A DNA stretch of 64,000 nucleotides from Anthoceros angustus (GCA_010909165.1 VJWM01000151.1:434001-498000), one strand, 5' to 3'; numbered from the stretch's first letter, positions 24,507 to 38,900 are shown. The notes: a model not told the origin generated them from the letters alone. Made by a program: numbers and translations.

Positions 24507-25156
24507 AAGTTGCGTTATCCAGTGTGACATTATTAAATATAAAGTTATTTATTTTATTATTTATTTTATTTATTTTATTATTAAAAGTTTATAATAGCCC
24601 CATTTTCTTTCTCCGTATCTAATCCCGCCAATCCCTTTCCAGGTGCTTTTACACACCCTACATACATATATGGACAATATGTGTGCTCCGCCAGGTTGCT
24701 GGCATGTGGCCTGCAGCTCGTCTTCCAACGAAAACCACCTGCTGAATTGCAGGTGAAAACCCTCGATGCACATATGTACAGTAATTACATATGTATAATT
24801 ACATTTCATATTGTATAATTATATGTATAATTACATTTCAGGACTGACAAGACTGTACAGCCTGCTTCGGGATGTGTTTGTACTTCATGGTACTGCCACA
24901 GGTCTACGAACTGGCCGCCACTGCAAAACGAATGCGCGCGGGTCCCGAGGTGGTGGGACCTACCATCCTGGATCCCATGCTACATGTTGCCATGCTATGC
25001 AATATGCCCTCGTTCCCAACCGTGCGATCCAGGTTCCCCACATGCTCCGGAAGCAGGAATATATATTTTTGAGAAAAGCACAGGAGCAAATTGCACATCA
25101 TGGGTGACGCGCATACCCACCAGCTAAGCCTTGCACCACCCCCACCATCACCCAGG

Positions 25157-25830
25157 TCCTGAAAACTGCGGAGTGAAGACCAAATACACAACATTGGCTT
25201 TTAAGTGATGAAGAGCATAGCTTGTGAGCATGCCTTCCAAGTTCCAAGCACAAGGCGCTTCGAATCTTGGTAGACTATGTACATAGTAGGCTGGAAACCC
25301 AAGAAAGTCTTGACGTCCCGAGGAAGCGTTCAGGACTGTCAGATTGCTGTCCATGACTGCAGTCAACACGTCGATCCATAAACGAAGACTGTGAGCTCAA
25401 GTGCACGTCATTCGGTGGAGCCACTAACAAAGGGCGGCTTCAGAAGCCTTACACATGCCGGTCTTTCATCCCCACGTCACACTTTCACAAAAAAGGACTG
25501 TCCTGAAAACTGCGGAGTGAAGACCAACTACACAACACTGGCTCTCAAGTGATGAAGAGCAGGCCTTCCAAGTTCCAAGCACAAGGCGCTTCGAATCTTA
25601 GTAGACTATGTACATAGTAGGCTGGAAACCCAAGCAAGTTTTGACGTCACGAGGAAGCGTTCAGGACTGTCAGACTGCTGTCCATGACTACAGTCAACAC
25701 GTCGATCCATAAACGAAGACTGCGAGCTCAGGTGCACGTCATTCGCTGGAGCCATTAGCCACTAGCAAAGGGCGGCTTCAGAAGCTTTACACATGTCGGT
25801 CTTTCACCCCACGTTACACTTTCACAAAAA
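25157..25830. repeat. ~340-bp tandem duplication with substitutions
   Basis: tcctgaaaactgcggagtgaagacc occurs at ~25157 and ~25500. The copies differ by substitutions, consistent with an older genuine duplication. Confidence 0.85.
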
Positions 25831-26810
25831 GGACTGTCGTAAAAGGACTGTCACAAAAAGGAAAAGGCCTGCTACAAAGGACATAGCCGTGAAGATCCCC
25901 ATGAACCCCATTTCCTCAAGGCTAAAAGGAAAGGGATCAGTATAGTTAATGCGAAAAGGAAAAATTGAGCTGCAAGGGGTAGAATTCCAGTTTCCTGTTC
26001 GTCGTAATGGCCCTGATCAAATTGGCTCCTATGAGGAGCTGCTCATTGCCGGGCTTCAAGGCTGAACACCACAGAATTCCGTCAATCAACATCTACCTTT
26101 TAGAGGCAAGTTTGCAGCTTCCAAGAGCTCTGCAAATTGGAACGCCGTCTGCAAATTGCCCCAGACTGACCATTCCTCGCGTTTTACAGCAGTTGCAATA
26201 CCTGTATTTGTCAGAATATTTCCTCAGCTGTGGATTTCATGCAGCGGCGGCCGTGCGTTGATGACATTGAAGCGTGAGTTGTTCCAGATGCTTCAGTTAC
26301 AGACCGAGACATCCCTGGGCCTGGAGTTTACAGATGTTCAACTTTTAACATGAAAACAAAAAGGTAACATACGCTCAACAACTCGTGTACGAGCTTGTTG
26401 TGGCATGAAGTGCTAGCCGTGCGAGGACATTTCAGGACTGACAAGACTGTACATCAAATGATGCATCAGCCTGCTTCGATATGTGTACTCTCACAGGATA
26501 GCAGGTACCTACAAAACAGTGCGTCCATGCTCTGGTGGATTGATCCCAGATGACGCTTTCTTCTAAGGCTGAAGGGATGAACTTGTTACCTTGCTTCTGC
26601 TTCACCAAGACCCTTCTCTTTTCAGGTACTTTACCATCTCGTAGACATATGTATGGGGAGTATGTGTGCACCTCTGGTGCCTGCAGTTCGTCTTCCAGTG
26701 CAAGGATGGCTGTGTTGAGTTGCAGATTTGCTTGCAGGAGGTAGGGTTTTGGAAGTAATTGGTACACGCGTGTAGTGAGCGCTCTGGGTTGCTCTCCAAA
26801 GCTTCACATT

Positions 26811-28240
26811 TCACAATTCGTCCTTGAGAGTAGCAGCAGTCTCCGAGGCTTCGAACCTGCAGACCCGGGCTTCAGGAAACACCAATCCCGGACGACAGAA
26901 ATACCCGGCGCTGGGCTTGCAATGCTCATCAGTCTGGCAGATGCACAAGCCGTCCAGCCCACAGAGCGGCCTGAGCTGGTTGAGCTCAGTCCCGCCCAGA
27001 CCCAGCACGGCATCGGACCAGGGGCTGGAGAAGACGCCCTCAGGATCCAGCCGCTTCTTCACCTCCACAAACCGCGTCACCGATCCCCAAGCTTCTCCTT
27101 CACCCCGAGGAAGGAGACGTGCCGGTTGGACTTCCCCAGTGCGGCATCCCGCGGTACTTCAACATCCCCAGCTGCTCGATCTCATCGTACACATCCTGGT
27201 CCAGCCTGGGCTCCTCCGCCTGCGCCGGCGCGGTGCGGAAGTAGAGCGCATTCACATCCACCACATCCCACGCCTCCCCGAGCAGCGCCCGCGAGGGGCC
27301 CTGGACGAACCGGAACCACAGCCCGTACGCGAACGCCAGCCCGCAGAGGCTGTCAGGCCGCCTGTCCGCAGAGCCGCGATGTCCCGGACATAGTCCCCGA
27401 TTCTAGAGGCGTTCAGGGTGAAGGAGGTCTCGTGCCAGTGCATCCTGGGCTCCTCGAACAGGCAGTAGGTCCCGTCCCCGGGCTCCCGGGCGGTGCAGGC
27501 CTGGGTGGACTGGATCCGGTGGCTCAGACCCACCAGCGGGCGCCTCCGGATCCGCGTTCCAGCTCGCGGAGATGAGGAATGGGGCCAGATCGCAGAGCTC
27601 GCTCCGGTCCTGGGTCGCCTCCGCCGCCTCCTGCACCTCCCGCGCGCCCACCACGGGCTCGGGCCGCAGCGGGAGGAGCGCGGCCATGGCGTAGGAGTCG
27701 TCTCCTGGCACGGAGGCTGCCACCCGGCTGCTGTGCTGGAAGATGGCCTGGCGCTGCGACGGGAACCAGAAGATCTCCCCGAATTCGCTCTTCTGGGAGT
27801 GGGAGAGGACGCGGTCCGGGAGGTCGGAGTCCGAGGCCTTCTCGAAGCTGACCTTCCGCTTGAAGATGGCGTCCGCCCGGACTGTGACCTGGGAGATGGC
27901 CCCCAGCACGCCCAGCGAGAGCCTGGCCGCGGCCAGCAGCTCCTCGTCCGACCCCGGCCCAATCTCCAGCACCTTCGCGTGCCCTTCCGCGGCCGAGGCC
28001 GGCACCACCAGGCGGAGGGACACGACGCGGTCGTGGAGCGGGGCCGATTCCGACCACAGCGAGGATCCGTGGGCTCCCGTGGAGATGAGACCCACCACCG
28101 AGAGGAAGGACCAGACGGGCACGCTCGGGAGCCAGCCCCTCCTCCGCCAGGGCCTCCAGGAGGTCGTGGAGCTTGGCTCCCGCTCCACTGTCGCGGTCCG
28201 CGCGTCTTTGTCGATCACGATTGTTGCGTCGTAGCGCTCG
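26811..28240 (-). pseudogene. 5'-truncated duplicate of the second GulLO-like gene
   Basis: 26350-28240 is nearly identical to 28241-30132; it lacks the signal peptide and N-terminus and has 1-bp indels. Possibly an uncollapsed assembly overlap. Confidence 0.7.
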
Positions 28241-28697
28241 ATGAAAACAAAAGGTAACATACGCTCAACAACTCGTGTACGAGCTTGTTGTGGCATGAAG
28301 TGCTAGCCGTGCGAGGACATTTCAGGACTGACAAGACTGTACATCAAATGATGCATCAGCCTGCTTCGATATGTGTACTCTCACAGGATAGCAGGTACCT
28401 ACAAAACAGTGCGTCCATGCTCTGGTGGATTGATCCCAGATGACGCTTTCTTCTAAGGCTGAAGGATGAACTTGTTACCTTGCTTCTGCTTCACCAAGAC
28501 CCTTCTCTTTTCAGGTACTTTACCATCTCGTAGACATATGTATGGGAGTATGTGTGCACCTCTGGTGCCTGCAGTTCGTCTTCCAGTGCAAGGATGGCTG
28601 TGTTGAGTTGCAGATTTGCTTGCAGGAGGTAGGGTTTTGGAAGTAATTGGTACACGCGTGTAGTGAGCGCTCTGGGTTGCTCTCCAAAGCTTCACAT

Positions 28698-30456
28698 TCA
28701 CAATTCGTCCTTGAGAGTAGCAGCAGTCTCCGAGGCTTCGAACCTGCAGACCCAGGCTTCAGGAAACACCAATCCCGGACGACAGAAATACCCGGCGCTG
28801 GGCTTGCAATGCTCATCAGTCTGGCAGATGCACAAGCCGTCCAGCCCACAGAGCGGCCTGAGCTGGTTGAGCTCAGTCCCGCCCAGACCCAGCACGGCAT
28901 CGGACCAGGGGCTGGAGAAGACGCCCTCAGGATCCAGCCGCTTCTTCACCTCCACAAACCGCGTCACCCGATCCCCAAGCTTCTCCTTCACCCCGAGGAA
29001 GGAGACGTGCCGGTTGGACTTCCCCCAGTGCGGCATCCCGCGGTACTTCAACATCCCCAGCTGCTCGATCTCATCGTACACATCCTGGTCCAGCCTGGGC
29101 TCCTCCGCCTGCGCCGGCGCGGTGCGGAAGTAGAGCGCATTCACATCCACCACATCCCACGCCTCCCCGAGCAGCGCCCGCGAGGGGCCCGGGACGAACC
29201 GGAACCACAGCCCGTACGCGAACGCCAGCCCGCAGAGGCTGTCAGGCCGCCTGTCCCGCAGAGCCGCGATGTCCCGGACATAGTCCCCGATTCTAGAGGC
29301 GTTCAGGGTGAAGGAGGTCTCGTGCCAGTGCATCCTGGGCTCCTCGAACAGGCAGTAGGTCCCGTCCCCGGGCTCCCGGGCGGTGCAGGCCTGGGTGGAC
29401 TGGATCCGGTGGCTCAGACCCACCAGCGGGGCCGCCTCCGGATCCGCGTTCCAGCTCGCGGAGATGAGGAATGGGGCCAGATCGCAGAGCTCGCTCCGGT
29501 CCCGGGTCGCCTCCGCCGCCTCCTGCACCTCCCGCGCGCCCACCACGGGCTCGGGCCGCAGCGGGAGGAGCGCGGCCATGGCGTAGGAGTCGTCTCCTGG
29601 CACGGAGGCTGCCACCCGGCTGCTGTGCTGGAAGATGGCCTGGCGCTGCGACGGGAACCAGAAGATCTCCCGAATTCGCTCTTCTGGGAGTGGAGAGGAC
29701 GCGGTCCGGGAGGTCGGAGTCCGAGGCCTTCTCGAAGCTGACCTTCCGCTTGAAGATGGCGTCCGCCCGGACTGTGACCTGGGAGATGGCCCCCAGCACG
29801 CCCAGCGAGAGCCTGGCCGCGGCCAGCAGCTCCTCGTCCGACCCCGGCCCAATCTCCAGCACCTTCGCGTGCCCTTCCGCGGCCGAGGCCGGCACCACCA
29901 GGCGGAGGGACACGACGCGGTCGTGGAGCGGGGCCGATTCCGACCACAGCGAGGATCCGTGGGCTCCCGTGGAGATGAGACCCACCACCGAGAGGAAGGA
30001 CCAGACGGGCACGCTCGGGAGAGCCAGCCCCTCCTCCGCCAGGGCCTCCAGGAGGTCGTGGAGCTTGGCTCCCGCTCCCACTGTCGCGGTCCGCGCGTCT
30101 TTGTCGATCACGATTGTTGCGTCGTAGCGCTCGGTGGAGATGACGGTGCCCGTGCTGCTCCCGGGGCAGGCGAGCTTGGGGGTGGAGTGCGGGAACCCGC
30201 GGGTGACCTTCACCTTGCGGTTGTGGCGGACTGCCTCGGCCACCGCCTGCACCAGCTCTTGTTCCGTTGTTGGGTGTACCACGTTGGCAAATGCGCATTC
30301 CTGCCGGTCTCCCCACACCGAGAGGTGGGACGAGATGGTGCAGGTCCTGTCATGGTCCTGGCAGTGGATGCCTTGAGCCCTCACCCTCTCCCCCCGCCGC
30401 AGCAGCAGCAGCAGGAGGAAGAGCAGCAGGATGCTCCAAACTCCACTGGCGGCCAT
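28698..30456 (-). CDS. Second L-gulonolactone oxidase-like FAD oxidoreductase, signal peptide, C-terminal KDEL; one apparent frameshift near 29690
   Basis: ORF 29293..30456 gives the N-half (MAASGVWSILLLFLLLLL..., RGFPHSTPKL) and ORF 28698..29852 gives the C-half (RGMPHWGKSNR ... TLKDEL). The duplicate copy has gggagtgggagag where this copy has gggagtggagag, suggesting a sequencing error. Confidence 0.85.
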
Positions 30457-31588
30457 GGCTGCTTGGCTGGGTGGCTGGAAGGATGGCTCTCCTCCCTGCA
30501 GCCTGCTACCTGCTCCTCTTCAGCTGGGCGGAAAGGATCGTGACGCCTCGCTGAGATAACGTAGCTCTCACATGGCCGGCATCTTGTCTGATGCATCCTT
30601 CTTTCCAGGGACGTGTGGCCCGTGATCCGTTGTTTAATCACGGAAATTCTTCTGGGCATCCGGGAAGGTGCTGTCCTAGAGGTACTAAGGGTGCTTGACT
30701 GGCTGGTGTGGAAGACTTGGGCTAATCAGAGACATGGGGCTGATCGCCTCTTCTACGGACACGGTCAGGCCACCTGGTACCAATCAGGTCTCGCCTGTTG
30801 ATCGACATACGTATAAGGGCCTCCTTTGTCCTTGGTGCCACCTGGGCAGTGAAGACTTACGGGGAATCCCGGAAGAGAAGGCTAAGTCGCCATGCTTTAC
30901 AGCGTGAACTGTTACAGAGAACGTTCTACAAGGCCTCTTGTTTTTTCTTTTGGAAGACGACACAAACGGAGGATCGGGATCTGACGTCATATTGTATTCA
31001 GAGGAGGAAGCGATTAGTTGTCCTCTCAAGACTGCTCCTCCTGCTGATAGAGTTCAACATTCATGTCAAGGCAGCTTCAGGCTTTGAAATGATCGCTCCA
31101 GGCAGTAGCTGCCTTGTCTCCACCTGTATTGAGCCATAGACAAGTGGCACCTTCTGTGAAACATGGCCCACAACAGTCTCCTAAAAATCAGAGGCACCGG
31201 CCATCTCCCAGACTCACACTACTCAGAACAGCCAGTTTCAGTTCCGCCTGAAGTTATCACATGGTGCGCCTGGAGGATCTTGAGCACCTGAAATACCGGT
31301 GTGAACAATTCCGTCCACGTTATTAGAGGCATCTGGATGCTTTTGGAGCAGCAAAATGGTGGGAGCGGATGGCAATAGACCTCCAGGTCCCTGCCAATGG
31401 CTGATGAGACTTCTTCGCTGTGCGCAGGCGCCAGAGGAGCCAGTATGTGCCCATACACGCAGGTGGCGACCGCTGGTCGCCGCCCACCCGAGTTAGGGTT
31501 TTGTATCTGACGTGTTTTCGTCCTGTGCCGGGTATGTGGCCGGTTGAAGGCAGATACGTGTGTGCGACGAAGAGGTGAGAGCAAAGCG

Positions 31589-34500
31589 TCAATGCCCATT
31601 CCTACAGGAACAAGAGCCATCGATGAATCGATGAACTCCATGCCCGTCTCTCACGATGATCTCTCGCTTCTCAAGGCGTGACATGATCTTGGTGCTGCTG
31701 TGGCAGTCATTGCACATGCGCAGATTTTTGGTCACAAGCAATGTTGTGCCATCTGGCGTGTGCAGCAGACCATATGCCAAAGCAAGTTTCTCCGCATGCC
31801 CACACAAGGCATCCTCCTTCTCTTGCTCAGACAGTGCCTTCAGCACCAATTGTGTCTGTGCAACATGGCCTCCTTCCTCCCTCAACCGTGTATTCACGCT
31901 CCTCAGCTTTGCTGATATGTCAGACCTCTCTTCCCCAATTGTGAACTCATGCACCTCCTTGTCCACTTCGATGCATGCTTTGGCAGCTTTCTTCATAGCA
32001 CCGGATGACTTCCTCATGCTTTCTATCCTATCTACATCATCGAACCTTCCTGCATCTGCGTACAGGTTCCCTAACAGCACGTAGGAGCTTGCAAGATCAG
32101 GTGCTAATTCAACCAGATGATCAAAGCACCTCTGCCCGCGTTCTAAATCACCGTAGCTCTGGCAAGCAGTCAGCAGCGCTGTCCATCCAACAACATCCCG
32201 CACTGATGTGGTTCGCAACAAAACTTCCGCCTCCTCTAGTTTGCCAGATCTGCCGAGAAGATCAACCATGCAACCGTGATGGCGACCTGAGGGCACAATT
32301 CCATACTCATCGACCATCATCCTGAAGAACCGCTGGCCCTCGTGAACCAGGCCCGCATGACTGCAGGCCACAAGAAGACACGTAAAGGTCGTCTCATCTG
32401 GCTGGACCCCTTGCTGAAGCATGTCCACAAAACACTGGATTGCCGTGTGACCATCACTGTGTTCCGCATAGCCATAGAGCAATGCTGTCCATGTCACCGA
32501 AGTCCTCGTGGGCAATCCGTCAAACACTTTGCGGGCATCCGCCATACTCCCACATTTGGAATACATGTCCACCAGGCAGCTGCCAATGCATGCATCGCCC
32601 TCAAGGCCTCTTTTGCGGATTTGCAAGTGAAGCTCCTTCCCCTGCTGCAATGCTCCCACACTGCTGCACGCTTGGAGAAGGCACATGAAAGTGACATGAT
32701 CTGCTGGGGTGATGCCCTCTTTCTGCATGCTTGCATACAGAGCCAAAGCTTCCCGACCGAGCCCCTGCTGGGAATATCCGGCAATCATGGCAGTCCATGT
32801 CACCACATCCCTCCTGGGCAGCTTGTCAAACACAAGACGTGCCTCTTCTACACTCCCACATTTTGAATACATGTCCACAAGGCAACTGCCAAGGATTGGA
32901 TCAGCCTCCAGGCCTCTTTCCCGGATCTGTGCGTGCACCTCCTTCCCGTGCTGCAGTGCTCCCACACTGGTGCATGCTTGAAGAAGACACACAAAAGTAA
33001 CCTGATCGGCTGGAGTGAGTCCCTCCTTTTGCATGTCTTCATACAGAGACAGCGCTTCCCGACCAAGACCCTGCTGAGAATATCCTGCAATCATGGCAGT
33101 CCATGTCACCACATCTCTCCTGCCCACGAGACCATCAAAGATCTTTCGTGCATCACCTAATGCCCCGCACTTGGCATACATATTGACCAAGGAATTACCA
33201 ATCACCACATCTGCTTCAAAACCCCTTTCACGAATCTGTAAGTGAACCTCTTTTCCTTGCTGCAGTGCTCCCACACTTGCACATGCCTGGAGAAGGCACG
33301 CAAATGTGACATGATTGGCTTCCACCATGCCCTCACGTTGCATCCTGCCATACAGGGCCAGGGCTTCTCCACCGAGCCCCTGCTGACAATATCCTGCGAT
33401 CATGGCAGTCCATGTCACCACATCCCTACATAGTAAACTGTCAAACACTTTGCGGGCATCCTCCAAGCTCCCGCACTTGGCATACATATTCACTAAGTAG
33501 TTACCAATGGCTGCATCTGCTTCAAGCCCTCGTTCTCGAATCTGTGAGTGAAGCTCCTTCCCCTGCTGCAGTGCTCCGACACTTGCACACGCATGAAGAA
33601 GGCACACAAATGTGACATGATTCGCTGCAGCGCTGCCTTCGTGTGCATCCTTGCATACAGAGCTAGAGCTTCTCGCCCCAGCCCCTGGTGGCTGTATCCT
33701 GCAATCATGGCAGTCCAGGTCACTACATCTCTTCTGGACAAACCGTCAAACACTTTGCGAGCATCATCCAAGCTGCCACATTGAGCGTACATGTGCACCA
33801 GGCTGTTGCCAACGAAGACATCCACCTTGAAAGCAGTTGCCTGAATGTCAGCATGCACCTCCTTGCCCAAAATCAACTTCTTTGCAGCTGCACACGCCTT
33901 GAGAGCTGCCACGAAGACATGGCTGTCTGGCTCAACACCCGATTCTCGCATCTGCCGATAGAAGCTGATGGCCTGTAAGGGCTGTCCATGTCGGGCATGA
34001 GCCAAGATGATGGAAGACCACATGTAGATGCTGGGATTGGTCACCTGACCGAACACCTGCACGGCGTCCTCCAATTTGCCATGGGAAGCGTACATGCCAA
34101 TGATGTGAGTGGCCAAGAATGCATTGGACCCGTGCCCCTTCTGAGAGCAAGAGAATGAACAAGACTACTACCACTAACAAGATCTTTTGTGCAACGCACC
34201 TCTTGAGCACACGAGAAGAGAGTGTCGCTCACATAACATCCCTGCTGCACCAGCTCCTCCAGCGCCTCAACAGCCTGGCTCAGCTCTGCCCCTCGCACCG
34301 CTTCAACAAGGTCTGCACTTGAGTCCTGGTCATAATCCCAACTGGCCAGCTGCGAGTCCACCCAAGCTGGCTTGTCAGAGTTGTTCAGCCACAGGGCTCC
34401 CTGGAGGTCTTGTGCCTGAAGTCAGGATGCCGAGGGCTCTTCCTCTCCGGCCTGTTGTCCCACCACTCCCAGGGATTCGAGAAGAAGTGATGCCACAGCA

Positions 34501-34678
34501 GCTCCTGCCGTGCTTTCTGCGTCACTCCATCCGCGTACCCAGTGCTTGCACCAGAAACTGCCCCTGTACGGCGCTGCCCACGTAACCAAACGGGGCTGTC
34601 GCTGTTGCCGGAGCACATCCTGCATCCTTCCAAGAAGAGCTCGGCTTTTGACAAACATAGCTCCAACTGCATCACCAT
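31589..34678 (-). CDS. PLS-class PPR-E-DYW protein A (HAE type, ends CSCRNGH); apparent frameshifts ~33640-34450
   Basis: Repeated P-L-S motifs (VVTWTAMIAGY / VTFVCLLQAC / GNxLVxMYAKCG), E domain, KKAAKACIEV, HAEKLA, CNDCH. The N-terminus matches the open copy at 39667..41796. Confidence 0.85.
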
Positions 34679-35128
34679 GGTTCGCCTTATTGGGTCCGCA
34701 CTTCATCAGGCACATGGGCTTGGTCCTGGGGCTGCCATGCTGCAGCCTTGCAGAAGATGGATGCACAATTCACATACCTACTCCAACATCTCTTCCACGT
34801 ACAAGTCCGCCCTTGCAGCTACAAGAAAAGGTTGGCAAGAATGAGTCTTCTCGCAAATGAGACCAGACACAGTCATCGTGAATGTTCATCGTTGTTTTGG
34901 ATTCCTTACATCTCCTAATCCTATTGGACGACGGTGTGTGCAATCTCGGAAGTGTTTTTCGAGCGACAATAACTGACGGGAAATGTGACACCAAATAAAT
35001 CTGGTCGATAGCTTTCTTCCAGCCATATCCGTTTTCGGATGATGACTTGTGAGGAGCTTGGCTGCACAATGTCAATGTACAGACATGTGGTGATGCAGCT
35101 GCGGTTGCAGTAGGAGCAATCGCTGGAC

Positions 35129-35946
35129 ATGGCATTTGCGAGGCGGTCTCCCACTGTTCCACAATGTTGTCTGCAAAGCCAAATTCTCCTTGCATGGATG
35201 CAGGATGTGTGTTCCGAAATGGCCCAACTGGGCGATCGGGAAGTATGATGCACGCCCAGCTTGCTGTGCGAGCACCTCCGTCACCGAAGGAGTGACACAG
35301 AAAGAGCGGCAGGAGCTCCTGTGGCACCACTTCTTCTCCTACCCCTGGGAATGGTGGGACAACAGGCCAGAGAGAAAACGAAGCCCCGCCATCCTGACTT
35401 CAGGCACAAGACGTCCAAGGAGCCCTGTGGCTGAGCAACTCTGACAAGCCGGCTTGGGTGGACTGCAGCTAGCCAGGGATTTACAGGTAGCCAGGGGACC
35501 CGGGTCTGGTGACCAGGGCTCAGAAGTGCAGAGCTTGTTGGTGCGGTGCGAGGAGGCAGAGCTGAGCCAGGCTGTTGAGGCGTTGGACCGGCTGGTCCAG
35601 CAGGGATTTTATGTCAGCGACAATCTCTTCTCTCGTGTCCTCAAGAGGTGCGTGGCACAAAGGACCTTGTTTGTGGTAGGCGCGTCCATTCTCTTGCTCT
35701 CAGAAGGGATGCGGGTCCAATGCATTCTTGGCCACTCACCATTGGCATACGCTTCCCATGGCAAATTGGAGGACGCCGTGCAGGTGTTCAGTCAAGTGAC
35801 CAATCCCAGCGTCTACATGTGGTCTTCCATCATCTTGGCGCATGCCCGACATGGACAACCTTGCAGGCAATCAACTTCTATCGACAGATGCGAGAGTCAG
35901 GTGTTGAGCCAGACAGCCATGTCTTTGTTGCAGCTCTCAAGGCGTG
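35129..35946 (+). pseudogene. 5' fragment duplicate of PPR gene C
   Basis: Near-identical to 42253-43084 with 1-bp indels; switches into gene A DYW sequence at 35935-35946. Confidence 0.75.
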
Positions 35947-38900
35947 ACATGATCTTGGTGCTGCTGTGGCAGTCATTGCACATGCGCAGATTTTGGTCAC
36001 AAGCAATGTTGTGCCATCTGGCGTGTGCAGCAGACCATATGCCAAAGCAAGTTTCTCCGCATGCCCACACAAGGCATCCTCCTTCTCTTGCTCAGACAGT
36101 GCCTTCAGCACCAATTGTGTCTGTGCAACATGGCCTCCTTCCTCCCTCAACCGTGTATTCACGCTCCTCAGCTTTGCTGATATGTCGAACCTCTCTTCCC
36201 CAATTGTGAACTCATGCACCTCCTTGTCCACTTCGATGCATGCTTTTGGCAGCTTTCTTCATAGCACCGGATGACTTCCTCATGCTTTCTATCCTATCTA
36301 CATCATCGAACCTTCCTGCATCTGCGTACAGGTTCCCTAACAGCACGTAGGAGCTTGCAAGATCAGGTGCTAATTCAACCAGATGATCAAAGCACCTCTG
36401 CCCGCGTTCTAAATCACCGTAGCTCTGGCAAGGAAGTGCATGCTGACATTCAGGCCGTTGCTGGCAAGGCAGATGGTTTCGTGGGCAACAGCCTGGTGAA
36501 CATGTACGCCAAATGTGGCAGCTTTCTTCATAGCACCGGATGACTTCCTCATGCTTTCTATCCTATCTACATCATCGAACCTTCCTGCATCTGCGTACAG
36601 GTTCCCTAACAGCACGTAGGAGCTTGCAAGATCAGGTGCTAATTCAACCAGATGATCAAAGCACCTCTGCCCGCGTTCTAAATCACCGTAGCTCTGGCAA
36701 GCAGTCAGCAGGGGCGACAAGCCCTAGCTCTGTATGCAAATATGGAGGATGAGGGCATCACTCCAGCTAATCATGTCACGTTTGTGTGCCTTCTTCCGCG
36801 CAAGTGTTGAAGCGTTGCAGCAAGGAAAGCAGCTTCAGGCTTTGAAATGATCGCTCCAGGCAGTAGCTGCCTTGTCTCCACCTGTATTGAGCCATAGACA
36901 AGTGGCACCTTCTGTGAAACATGGCCCACAACAGTCTCCTAAAATCAGAGGCACCGGCCATCTCCCAGACTCACACTACTCAGAACAGCCAGTTTCAGTT
37001 CCGCCTGAAGTTATCACATGGTGCGCCTGGAGGATCTTGAGCACCTGAAATACCGGTGTGAACAATTCCGTCCACGTTATTAGAGGCATCTGGATGCTTT
37101 TGGAGCAGCAAAATGGTGGGAGCGGATGGCAATAGACCTCCAGGTCCCTGCCAATGGCTGATGAGACTTCTTCGCTGTGCGCAGGCGCCAGAGGAGCCAG
37201 TATGTGCCCATACACGCAGGTGGCGACCGCTGGTCGCCGCCCACCCCAGTTAGGGTTTTGTATCTGACGTGTTTTCGTCCTGTGCCGGGTATGTGGCCGG
37301 TTGAAGGCAGATACGTGTGTGCGACGAAGAGGTGAGAGCAAAGCGTCAATGCCCATTCCTACAGGAACAAGAGGCATCACTCCTGCAAATAATGTTACAT
37401 TTGTGTGCATTCTTCAGGCATGTGCAAGTGTGGGAGCACTCCAGCAGGGATTCACTCACAGGTCCGCGAAAGACGCCTTGAATCTGATGCATCCTTCTTT
37501 CCAGGGACGTGTGGCCCGTGATCCGTTGTTTAATCACGGAAATTCTTCTGGGCATCCGGGAAGGTGCTGTCCTAGAGGTACTAAGGGTGCTTGACTGGCT
37601 GGTGTGGAAGACTTGGGCTAATCAGAGACATGGGGCTGATCGCCTCTTCTACGGACACGGTCAGGCCACCTGGTACCAATCAGGTCTCGCCTGTTGATCG
37701 ACATACGTATAAGGGCCTCCTTTGTCCTTGGTGCCACCTGGGCAGTGAAGACTTACGGGAATCCCGGAAGAGAAGGCTAAGTCGCCATGCTTTACAGCGT
37801 GAACTGTTACAGAGAACGTTCTACAAGCATGCGCCAGTGTGGGAGCCTTGCAGCAGGGCAAGGAGCTTCACTCACAGATTCAAGAGGCCTAGAGTCCGAC
37901 ATCTGCAGCAGCTGCCTAGTGGATATGTATTGCAAATGTGGGAGTGTGGATGAAGCCCAAGACGTGCCTCTTCTACGGACACGGTCAGGCCACCTGGTAC
38001 CAATCAGGTCTCGCCTGTTGATCGACATACGTATAAGGGCCTCCTTTGTCCTTGGTGCCACCTGGGCAGTGAAGACTTACGGGAATCCCGGAAGAGAAGG
38101 CTAAGTCGCCATGCTTTACAGCGTGAACTGTTACAGAGAACGTTCTACAAGGCCTCTTGTTTTTCTTTTGGAAGACGACACAAACGGAGGATCGGGATCT
38201 GACGTCATATTGTATTCAGAGGAGGAAGCGATTAGTTGTCCTCTCAAGACTGCTCCTCCTGCTGATAGAGTTCAACATTCATGTCAAGGCAGCTTCAGGC
38301 TTTGAAATGATCGCTCCAGGCAGTAGCTGCCTTGTCTCCACCTGTATTGAGCCATAGACAAGTGGCACCTTCTGTGAAACATGGCCCACAACAGTCTCCT
38401 AAAATCAGAGGCACCGGCCATCTCCCAGACTCACACTACTCAGAACAGCCAGTTTCAGTTCCGCCTGAAGTTATCACATGGTGCGCCTGGAGGATCTTGA
38501 GCACCTGAAATACCGGTGTGAACAATTCCGTCCACGTTATTAGAGGCATCTGGATGCTTTTGGAGCAACAAAATGGTGGGAGCGGATGGCAATAGACCTC
38601 CAGGTCCCTGCCAATGGCTGATGAGACTTCTTCGCTGTGCGCAGGCGCCAGAGGAGCCAGTATGTGCCCATACACGCAGGTGGCGACCGCTGGTCGCCGC
38701 CCACCCCGAGTTAGGGTTTTGTATCTGACGTGTTTTCGTCCTGTGCCGGGTATGTGGCCGGTTGAAGGCAGATACGTGTGTGCGACGAAGAGGTGAGAGC
38801 AAAGCGTCAATGCCCATTCCTACAGGAACAAGAGCCATCGATGAATCGATGAACTCCATGCCCGTCTCTCACGATGATCTCTCGCTTCTCAAGGCGTGAC

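Noticed and set aside
33607-34450. Frameshifts in PPR gene A as true pseudogenisation
   Set aside because: The duplicate at 39667-41796 is open at the same positions and the differences are mostly single-base indels, typical of sequencing error.
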